This document shows, one piece after another, positions 57,111 through 64,000 of a DNA stretch of 64,000 nucleotides. This DNA comes from Patescibacteria group bacterium. GTDB lineage: Bacteria; Patescibacteriota; Minisyncoccia; Phycocordibacterales; Phycocordibacteraceae. Positions within the stretch are counted from its first letter, which is position 1; each line of letters opens with the position of its first letter. The notes beneath the pieces were generated by a model, which was not told where the DNA came from, made no database searches, and saw only the letters and a list, made by a program, of their open reading frames with translations. The position numbers and the translations under genes are program-made. The stretch is from NCBI GenBank assembly GCA_030837225.1, contig JAUPKX010000007.1, forward strand, positions 606 to 64,605, given 5' to 3'.

Positions 57111-57186
57111 TGGAGCCGAAGGCCGGATTCGAACCGGCGACATTTCGCTTACGATGCGAACGCTCTACCAACTGAGCTACTTCGGC
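57111..57186 (-). tRNA. tRNA-Thr(CGT)
   Basis: Acceptor GCCGAAG/CTTCGGC, D-arm GCTC-AGTTGGTA-GAGC, anticodon stem TTCGC/GCGAA with loop ATCGTAA, T-loop TTCGAAT, encoded CCA. Confidence 0.85.
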
Positions 57187-57225
57187 AGTCCCGCTACAAT
57201 AACGGGAAAACGCCTCCCTATCAAG

Positions 57226-57858
57226 CTACACCCGCTTCCAGAACATGAATCCGGCGAGTGTCCCGAGGATCGCTCCGAATAGGTTCACACACAGATCAAC
57301 TGCGGTGTTGTAGTACCCGCCTACGTCAGTGTTCGGTACCGTCATCTTAGCGACGAACTCGATTATCTCATTCAAGGCTCCGATACCTGACGCTCCCAGA
57401 ATCGAGAACACAGCGATACCGAGCCAATGAAACGAGGTATCACGTCGGAGAAAGTAATACATCAAAAGTGCAGATACCAGCGTGCCGTACGTATGCACGA
57501 TCTGATCAAACTTTATAAACGTGAGGCCGCTCGGATTCTCTATGGGAAACGGTACATAGTTGTAGAGGATATCTCCATTAACAGGCACTGCGGCACCGAA
57601 GAGATGGAAGAGACCCACGAGCGAAAGCATCATAAGCAACCAGCTCGGTACACACTGATGCGTCAGTACACAGCCCCCAAGTACGAGGAGAAAGATAATA
57701 ACGGCTATGTAGCCAAGGAACTCTGTATTCCCTATCGAGGCAAAGTAGAATCCTGCAGCAAGCGTATACAGGACTGTGAAGCTGAGTATAAGAAGACGCG
57801 AGTGGTTTAGATTCTCGCGAATGGTCCCAACTATAGAATTGATCATTGCCCGTACCAT
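57226..57858 (-). CDS. polytopic membrane protein, hypothetical
   Basis: 210 aa, ~6 TM. Confidence 0.5.
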   Translation of the reverse strand: MVRAMINSIVGTIRENLNHSRLLILSFTVLYTLAAGFYFASIGNTEFLGYIAVIIFLLVLGGCVLTHQCVPSWLLMMLSLVGLFHLFGAAVPVNGDILYNYVPFPIENPSGLTFIKFDQIVHTYGTLVSALLMYYFLRRDTSFHWLGIAVFSILGASGIGALNEIIEFVAKMTVPNTDVGGYYNTAVDLCVNLFGAILGTLAGFMFWKRV

Positions 57859-57928
57859 AGCAGAAACCCCTATGAAGAATTCATAAAGAGAAAGACGCGG
57901 CGTGTACCGTGTCTTTCTCTTATCTTTG

Positions 57929-58180
57929 AGCCGATGGGCAGAATTGAACTGCCGACCTACTCCTTCGCTTACACCTTCTCTCCAGAGCCACGCGGAGAAG
58001 GGCTAGACTGTATCTTTATCTCAGAGAGATACCCTTGTCAGTCGTTCGGGCGCCTGAGCGCCACGGTCTTGGCTTGTGGAGCTATTAACCGTTATTCGGG
58101 ATTCACCTATTCCTCGCGGAACAGGTGGGCAGGGCTTTGCGGCCCACCATGGAGTTGCTCTACCCCTGAGCTACATCGGC
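57929..58180 (-). tRNA. tRNA (probably Thr, anticodon GGT) interrupted by ~180-nt group-I-like intron in anticodon loop
   Basis: 5' exon 58146..58180 GCCGATG-TA-GCTC-AGGGGTA-GAGC-A-ACTCC-ATGGT; 3' exon 57929..57965 AA-GGAGT-AGGTC-GGCAG-TTCAATT-CTGCC-CATCGGC-T; exons give a perfect cloverleaf; no encoded CCA. Confidence 0.6.
57966..58145 (-). other. intervening sequence (candidate self-splicing group I-type intron, 180 nt)
   Basis: Inserted after anticodon position 36 (exon ends in U, intron ends in G before AA); GC-rich nested helices (GGGC-cgcaaa-GCCC; CACCTG..CAGGTG; GGCGCTCAGGCGCC); loose resemblance to minimal tRNA group I introns. Confidence 0.45.
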
Positions 58181-58288
58181 AAATCCGCACAAGGCGGACT
58201 GTTGCAGAGTACGGCATTTCTCTAAGGTTTTCAATCCCAACCCTCTTCATCATCTATTCCTCTGTTTGCCTGTAGGATAGCTCTACCT

Positions 58289-59035
58289 ATGCGCATCCGT
58301 ATTGTTGTGGCGAATATCCAGTCTGGGATTGGCGTAACCAAGGGATACCGTCAGTACGTAACGAGTGGTTGGCGCTATCTGTTCCCTCACAACAGCAAAG
58401 GCGCTATGGACGCAGGTACTTTTCTCAAAGCCGAAGACACGGATATCGCACTCTTAACGGAAGTAGACGCAGGGTCCCGGAGATCAAAAAACACATCACA
58501 GATCGATGCCATGGCTACTGGATCTGGTCTACCTCACTCCCGCTTCTTCCCCACGCTCGTTATGGGTACAGCAATACACGAAGGGAATGCTGTCCTCTCG
58601 CGCTTTCCTATTAGTGCCCACCGCTCGTATCCACTCTTAAGCCACATGAGTCCAAGAACACTCGGAGAGACAACGCTCATACTCCCTGACGGAACCTCTA
58701 TGACGGCACTCGTGGCACATCTCGCACTCAGTTCGAAACCCCGCGAGGTTCAACTAGCAGAGATTGCAGAGCATATAAAAAGTATTGAAGGTCCTCTCGT
58801 ACTTGGCGGAGACTTTAATGAACGAGACCATCGATCATTCGAACTTTTGAAAAGAGCAGGACTTACGTCTGTGTCCGTCGCTGGCTATCCTTCTTGGAGG
58901 CCGCAACATGCGCTCCAGGTACTATTTCTTTCCCATCATTTCTCACTCATACAAGCATCAGTTCCAGACGGCGCCCGGTTCTCGGACCATCTACCTCTAA
59001 TCGTAGAAGTTACGTACGGCGAGAGCGAACTCTAG
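58289..59035 (+). CDS. endonuclease/exonuclease/phosphatase (EEP) family protein
   Basis: LLTEVD, GGDFNE, SDHLPL catalytic motifs; second EEP paralog in window. Confidence 0.75.
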   Translation: MRIRIVVANIQSGIGVTKGYRQYVTSGWRYLFPHNSKGAMDAGTFLKAEDTDIALLTEVDAGSRRSKNTSQIDAMATGSGLPHSRFFPTLVMGTAIHEGNAVLSRFPISAHRSYPLLSHMSPRTLGETTLILPDGTSMTALVAHLALSSKPREVQLAEIAEHIKSIEGPLVLGGDFNERDHRSFELLKRAGLTSVSVAGYPSWRPQHALQVLFLSHHFSLIQASVPDGARFSDHLPLIVEVTYGESEL

Positions 59036-59796
59036 GCGAGTGCTGCACCATAGAGTGCGCTCTCGTCTCCAAGCGTCGCCCGCACCAAAGGGATGGCTTG
59101 CTCTCCCAGAGCTTCCTGCACCTCCTCAAGCCTGAATGCGGTCTCTTCGTTCATGAGTGCACCATTGAGTACCACCACATTAGGAGACCAGAGCTTTATA
59201 ATATGCCGTATACCGAGACCGAGCATGTGGGTACGCTCCGTGAACACAGAACGTGCAAGGCACTGAGGCTCTATACCAAACTCCTTTTCAAGCGCCGCAC
59301 CTCCTACAAAGTCTTCGAGTGTTCTCTGTGTCCCAGGAACAATCTCTCTTCCTGGTTCAAACTCTTGGCTCTCATGCTGCAGCGTTGCCTGCTCGATGAG
59401 CGCTCCCCCAACACCCGTACCAATAGTCAGATACGCCACTCGTTCGAACCCGTGCGCCGCGCCGTTCTTCGCTTCGCCATAGGCAGCGATTTCCGCGTCA
59501 TTATAGATTCGAGTCGTAAGGTCGATCTCCCTTGCTAGCTCTTCAGCGAACGGAAACCCGTTCCAGCTTGGAAGATTCGGAGAATCGACAACCGTTCCGT
59601 TACGGATGATCCCAGCGATACCGCCGACACAATCAACAGGTCGCACGGTCGACTCCGCTACAAATTCAACGAGCGTAGCAACCGCTTCCTTTGGGTCCTT
59701 GGGTGTCGGTATCTTCTCTATTGCCCTTAGGGAGCTACCTTCGGCAATTGCCATGCGCATGTTCGTTCCCCCAATATCAAACACCAGTCGACTCAT
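59032..59796 (-). CDS. ROK-family sugar kinase (glucokinase-like)
   Basis: N-terminal FDIGGTNMRMAIA ATP-binding motif; YLTIGTGVGGALI. Confidence 0.75.
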   Translation of the reverse strand: MSRLVFDIGGTNMRMAIAEGSSLRAIEKIPTPKDPKEAVATLVEFVAESTVRPVDCVGGIAGIIRNGTVVDSPNLPSWNGFPFAEELAREIDLTTRIYNDAEIAAYGEAKNGAAHGFERVAYLTIGTGVGGALIEQATLQHESQEFEPGREIVPGTQRTLEDFVGGAALEKEFGIEPQCLARSVFTERTHMLGLGIRHIIKLWSPNVVVLNGALMNEETAFRLEEVQEALGEQAIPLVRATLGDESALYGAALA

Positions 59797-60716
59797 AGCA
59801 TCTCCTTGAACGAGTCGATGAGTGGTGTACTGTCGGGATCCATGCCGTAGCGAGAAGCGAGACTAAAGCACAGTGTGTGCGCAGTCCACCATGTATAGAG
59901 AACTGCTTCAGTTCGTAGACTCGGAATCGTAACGGATACGGTGCGTACTCCCTGCATCCCAAGAAGCTGTTTCGTTAGGCGCATGCGGCGCTGCACGCGT
60001 TCGTCATCAGTAGCGTCTTCTAGAAAAACTGCAACCATTGGACGCGCGAGATCTTTAACGCTCTCTCCCGAACCATATCCCTGCATCTCGTTATGATTCA
60101 TCTCCGGAACAACATTAGAGAACGCCGGAACCTTTGCTGTTTCGTTCGAAAAGATCTTCATAAGTTCCCCTAGCACCTTGTTGCGATCAGACGCGTAGAA
60201 CACAGGAATCGAGTCTGCCAAGAGTTCGCCCATCTCTTTTCCTTTCTTTTCAGCGGCAGCGGTGTCAAAGGTGAACTCGTTTGTAACTAGTAGCTCTTCT
60301 TGGCCAATTAACGCGAGGAGTGCCTTGGTCATACCAACAATTGTTTCGCGCGGCACCGTCCCTTTAGGAACTTCTACGTACGAAAGCCCGTGCTCTTTCG
60401 CGAGCGCAAGGAGTGCACCTCCTCCCGTAACAACAGAAAGCGGCAATCCATTCTTTATTGCTTCCTGTGCAAACGAGAGCGTTTCTTCAGTCTCACCTGA
60501 ATACGAAAGCGCGACATAGTGCGCTCCTTCAGGAACCCGCTCAGGCAATCCATAATCTTGATGCGTAATAAGGTACGGCGTCGCGTTTAGGAATCGAGCG
60601 ATCCGTACCGGGAAAGACGAGCCACCCATGCCGCCACATACAATAATAGGAGCCGTGACCTGCTTCCCTTCTACGCGAGGCTGGTACGCGGACTGTGCAG
60701 CGAGTAGTTCGTTCAT
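59793..60716 (-). CDS. bifunctional phosphoglucose/phosphomannose isomerase (SIS domain, archaeal-type PGI/PMI)
   Basis: 307 aa; two SIS-like halves (IIVCGGMGGS...; SYSGETEET). Confidence 0.7.
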   Translation of the reverse strand: MNELLAAQSAYQPRVEGKQVTAPIIVCGGMGGSSFPVRIARFLNATPYLITHQDYGLPERVPEGAHYVALSYSGETEETLSFAQEAIKNGLPLSVVTGGGALLALAKEHGLSYVEVPKGTVPRETIVGMTKALLALIGQEELLVTNEFTFDTAAAEKKGKEMGELLADSIPVFYASDRNKVLGELMKIFSNETAKVPAFSNVVPEMNHNEMQGYGSGESVKDLARPMVAVFLEDATDDERVQRRMRLTKQLLGMQGVRTVSVTIPSLRTEAVLYTWWTAHTLCFSLASRYGMDPDSTPLIDSFKEML

Positions 60717-61903
60717 GACTCAAGCATATCAAGTACTAGGGTCCCCCAGGTGAAGTTATGCGCCCCATAGGGCTTTCCGGTCTCTGGATCGAAATACTCC
60801 CTAAACCCGTGCGCTTCGACGAGCGCTACGCTCGTGTCCCTGAGCCACATGGCTTCTTCGTCGAACCCGTAGTCCTTGAGACCCTTATATATAAACCAGT
60901 GTGGGGCGAACCAGATAGGGCCGCGCCAAAAACCGTTTGAGCGATACGATGTTTCCTTTTTCGAGACGGTACGAATACCGAACTCTGAGCGGAAGGTCTC
61001 TGGATTATTGAAATGATTCTTGATGAGATCTTTCGCCTCCTCTGGGGTATAGATTCCTGCGAACAAGGGTGCGAAGTGCGCCCAAGTAGCAACCTTCAGG
61101 TGCCCGTGTTCAAGACCAATTGCAGACCAGAACACGCCCTCGGCCATGAGGTACTCGCGCATCGTGAACTTAATGAGGTCGCGATGGAGCGTGGCGAATT
61201 TCTTTGCCTCCACCTCACCTAAGACATCCGCGATCTGTGCGAGTCGTTCTAGGTTCTTCACAAGAATGCTATTGAACGGCACATCCTTGACCCAGAACCG
61301 CTCGTGCATACAGGTAAGCGGATCGAACCCGCAGGTACGGTTCATCGTTACGAGTAGATGACGCTTATACATATGCCCAAAGAACGAGATATTTGACTTC
61401 ACACGCATCGCAAGATCAAAACGCGGAGAGTTATCCTCTCCAGACTCGTCCGGATTGATGATGCTTATGAGGTGATGATCGTGCGGATCGCGCTCTTGAA
61501 TGAGATACGTGTAGAACGCGAGTATCTTGGGGAACATTTCCTTCAGGAAATCAGTCCTGCCTGTCTGCTCGTATATTTCCCACGCAGCGTATGCAACCAT
61601 AGGCGGCTGCGTAATGGAGCTCACACCCTTCTCCCACCACACATGATACGGACGTGTGAGCTTCGGACGCCAGAAGATCATATGCGGGATCATGCCGTCC
61701 TTATCCTGACGCAGCAGGAGTGACCTGAGTTCGGCAATCGCAGCATCTGGCTCGAGCTTCGCCAACACGATGCTATGGAAACAAGAATCCCAGAGCCACT
61801 GATACGGATACGTAGTAGGGCTCGGGACCGTGTACTGGTGTCCGTCCCTGGTTACGCGACGATTCGCTTTGAGAAGCGTGTGGGCAGCTTCTTTGAGATT
61901 CAT
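60713..61903 (-). CDS. six-hairpin glycoside hydrolase (GH63/glycogen-debranching-like)
   Basis: 396 aa; (alpha/alpha)6-barrel-type motifs YPYQWLWDSCF, ...GFWRGPIWFAPHWF... Confidence 0.55.
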   Translation of the reverse strand: MNLKEAAHTLLKANRRVTRDGHQYTVPSPTTYPYQWLWDSCFHSIVLAKLEPDAAIAELRSLLLRQDKDGMIPHMIFWRPKLTRPYHVWWEKGVSSITQPPMVAYAAWEIYEQTGRTDFLKEMFPKILAFYTYLIQERDPHDHHLISIINPDESGEDNSPRFDLAMRVKSNISFFGHMYKRHLLVTMNRTCGFDPLTCMHERFWVKDVPFNSILVKNLERLAQIADVLGEVEAKKFATLHRDLIKFTMREYLMAEGVFWSAIGLEHGHLKVATWAHFAPLFAGIYTPEEAKDLIKNHFNNPETFRSEFGIRTVSKKETSYRSNGFWRGPIWFAPHWFIYKGLKDYGFDEEAMWLRDTSVALVEAHGFREYFDPETGKPYGAHNFTWGTLVLDMLES

Positions 61904-61928
61904 GCGTCAATAATAGCAAATGCTTTTC

Positions 61929-62264
61929 TTAGTCTTTGCGAGTAAGAATCTGCACGATGTGCTTCATAGACACAAACCCGTAGCCCCATAGGAACGGAAG
62001 CCAGAGCGGCATTAAGCCAAAGAGCGAGTTCCTAAGGAAGATCTCCACGCCTGTACTTATGAATAGGTACTCTGCGAGCGTCATGAGGAAGAACCCAACA
62101 GCAAACGCGAGGCGATCGTACTTCCGAGGATGTATCAGGAACGCAAGAATAATGATAACGACAAAGAGACTCGTGAGGATATAGTCATTCTTCACGAGTG
62201 GAATAAGCCCGATCATGGCGAGTACCGGGATCGAGTCAAGGAATATCCTCTTTAGTTTTCGCAT
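61929..62264 (-). CDS. small membrane protein, hypothetical
   Basis: 111 aa, three TM. Confidence 0.4.
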   Translation of the reverse strand: MRKLKRIFLDSIPVLAMIGLIPLVKNDYILTSLFVVIIILAFLIHPRKYDRLAFAVGFFLMTLAEYLFISTGVEIFLRNSLFGLMPLWLPFLWGYGFVSMKHIVQILTRKD

Positions 62265-62332
62265 ACAACAACTATACCAACCATTGCAAGCAGATTAGAA
62301 ACCTAGTGCACAGAGGACGTGTTGTAGAGAGT

Positions 62333-64000
62333 ATGTGTGGCATCGTCGGATACATAGGCTCTAGAGACGCGACACCGTTTCTACTTGAGGGTCTACGCGC
62401 GCTTGAGTACCGCGGCTATGATTCTGCAGGCCTCTTTGTGTCGGGAAGCGGTGCACAAAAGCGTGCAGGAAAGGTCTCTGTGCTTGAGGAGAGTATCCCC
62501 GAAGGGTTTCAAGGGAACGCCGGGATTGCCCATACCCGCTGGGCGACCCATGGCGCACCGACCGAGAATAATGCGCATCCGCACACCGACGACACTGAAA
62601 CTGTCTGGCTCGTGCATAACGGCATTATCGAAAACTACCGGGAGATCCGGGAGATGTTCGAGACTGAAGGTATTGTCTTCAGATCAGAGACTGATACCGA
62701 GACCCTCGCCCAGCTTATAGGGAGAAAATATCGTGACACTCCAATCCTTGAACAGGCGGTGGCTGATGCACTCAAAGAAGTGCGTGGTGCATACGGCATC
62801 GCAGTTATGGCAATCAACGAGCCCGAGAAGATTGTCGTAGCCAGGCATGGCAGTCCCCTTCTTATCGGCATTGGGGACGACGGATATTACGTCGCGTCAG
62901 ACGCAACGCCACTTCTTACACACACGCGAAACGTTATCTACCTTGATGATGGAGAACTCGCTGTCCTTACCACTGACTCCTACAAAGTAACGTCGCTGAC
63001 TCACGCACTCCTTAATAAGGAGGTGCAGAACATTGACTGGGACGTTGAGTCAGTACAGAAGAAAGGATACGAGCATTTCATGCTGAAAGAGATTATGGAG
63101 GTACCAGAAGTTATCGAGAACTCCTTGCGTGGCCGTATCGATTTAGAGGCTATGAGCATCCATCTTGGCGGACTGAGGGACGTCGAGGAACGACTGAAGA
63201 ACATTGAGAGAATCATCATCACCGGCTGCGGCAGTGCGTATTACGCAGGCCTTACCGGCGAGCTCCTTATAGAAGAGTTGGTAGGTATTCCTGTAGAGAC
63301 AGAGATCGCGTCAGAACTCCGGTATCGTCGCTTTACGGCGGACCCTGAGAAGACGATACTTGTCGCGGTATCCCAATCCGGCGAGACGGCAGACACCCTT
63401 GAAGCCGTCCGAGAAGCAAGGAAGCACGGCATGCTCGCGCTCGGTATTGTGAACGCCGTTGGTTCATCTATCGCGCGCGAGACTGATGCGGGCGTCTACA
63501 ATCACGCAGGTCCTGAAATCGGCGTCGCTTCTACAAAAGCTTTTGTCTCCCAGCTCACGGTGTTCGTATTGCTTGCTATCTACCTAAAACAACTCAGGGA
63601 CGGTACTGGAACACACAACGAGGTGATACGGGAGCTAACCCGTTTGCCAGACTATGCGAGACGCATACTGAGCGCGAGCGAGAATATCTCTGAAATCGCG
63701 GCTGCTCATGCGGGCATGCGTGATGCACTCTTCGTGGGAAGGAAGTTTCAGTACCCAATAGCCTACGAAGGAGCCTTAAAACTAAAGGAAGTTTCGTACG
63801 TTCATGCCGAAGCGTATGGTGCAGGGGAAATGAAGCACGGTCCTCTCGCACTTATCGATAGCGAGTTCCCTACCATTGCACTGATGCCGCTTGATTCGGT
63901 GTATGAGAAAACTCTTTCGAACGTTGAGGAGATTAGGGCGCGTTCAGGGAAGGTTATCGTTATCACTACAGAAGGGTCAGAACCTGCATGGACTACAGAA
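62333..64000 (+). CDS. glmS: glutamine--fructose-6-phosphate aminotransferase (partial, continues beyond window)
   Basis: MCGIVGYIGSRD... N-terminal nucleophile Cys2; GATase-2 then SIS domains; absent from ORF track because no stop in window. Confidence 0.9.
   Translation, partial: MCGIVGYIGSRDATPFLLEGLRALEYRGYDSAGLFVSGSGAQKRAGKVSVLEESIPEGFQGNAGIAHTRWATHGAPTENNAHPHTDDTETVWLVHNGIIENYREIREMFETEGIVFRSETDTETLAQLIGRKYRDTPILEQAVADALKEVRGAYGIAVMAINEPEKIVVARHGSPLLIGIGDDGYYVASDATPLLTHTRNVIYLDDGELAVLTTDSYKVTSLTHALLNKEVQNIDWDVESVQKKGYEHFMLKEIMEVPEVIENSLRGRIDLEAMSIHLGGLRDVEERLKNIERIIITGCGSAYYAGLTGELLIEELVGIPVETEIASELRYRRFTADPEKTILVAVSQSGETADTLEAVREARKHGMLALGIVNAVGSSIARETDAGVYNHAGPEIGVASTKAFVSQLTVFVLLAIYLKQLRDGTGTHNEVIRELTRLPDYARRILSASENISEIAAAHAGMRDALFVGRKFQYPIAYEGALKLKEVSYVHAEAYGAGEMKHGPLALIDSEFPTIALMPLDSVYEKTLSNVEEIRARSGKVIVITTEGSEPAWTTE

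Noticed and set aside
57934-58275. Plus-strand ORF 57934..58275 (113 aa)
   Set aside because: Overlaps the intron-containing tRNA gene on the opposite strand; Cys/Arg-rich junk translation of structured RNA.
62265-62332. glmS ribozyme upstream of glmS
   Set aside because: Only 68 nt of leader, far too short for the ~170-nt ribozyme core; no conserved elements seen.

Overview
This 64-kb chromosomal window comes from a moderately GC-rich (roughly 55%) bacterium with small, tightly packed, mostly minus-strand genes. The gene content (type IV pilin, SecG, RNase J, many tiny membrane proteins, compact RNase P RNA) is compatible with an uncultivated small-genome lineage such as Patescibacteria/CPR, but that cannot be proven from sequence alone. 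All coordinates were anchored to the ORF track where possible; RNA features read by eye may be off by 1-2 nt.

Housekeeping backbone:
- Protein genes: lepA, murJ, an O-antigen-ligase-like TPR membrane protein, groES-groEL, secG, a family-5 ABC substrate-binding protein, rnj, typA, mltG, a PIF1/RecD-like helicase, an RND efflux pair, metK, pyrG, ftsEX, a compact prfB, and glmS (runs off the window end).
- RNA genes and regulatory sites: rnpB (RNase P RNA), a SAM-I riboswitch upstream of metK, and 7 tRNA genes (Phe, Arg-CCT, Ser-GGA, Gln-CTG, Thr-CGT, and one intron-containing tRNA, probably Thr-GGT).

Selfish-DNA layer, the main point of interest:
- Three AT-rich LAGLIDADG homing-endonuclease-like genes with N-terminal HTH domains. 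Two of them end 4 nt and 20 nt upstream of a tRNA gene on the same strand; the third overlaps the lepA start codon.
- A tRNA gene split by a ~180-nt structured, group-I-like intron in the anticodon loop, inserted after anticodon position 36.
- A 27-nt repeat present three times. Two direct copies bracket a membrane-protein gene that sits beside a decayed fragment of a paralog of the AstE/AspA-family gene at 29515.
- A GC-rich (GC3-skewed) beta-barrel OMP gene that looks horizontally acquired.
- The four tRNA genes next to an endonuclease gene or an intron lack an encoded CCA end; the other two encode it.

Other observations: long Arg/Gly-rich N-terminal tails on both RNase J and the DEAD-box helicase, an RF2 (SPF/GGQ) lacking most of domain 1 and lacking the programmed frameshift, and a candidate terminator-ended ncRNA between nth and a PspC-domain gene.
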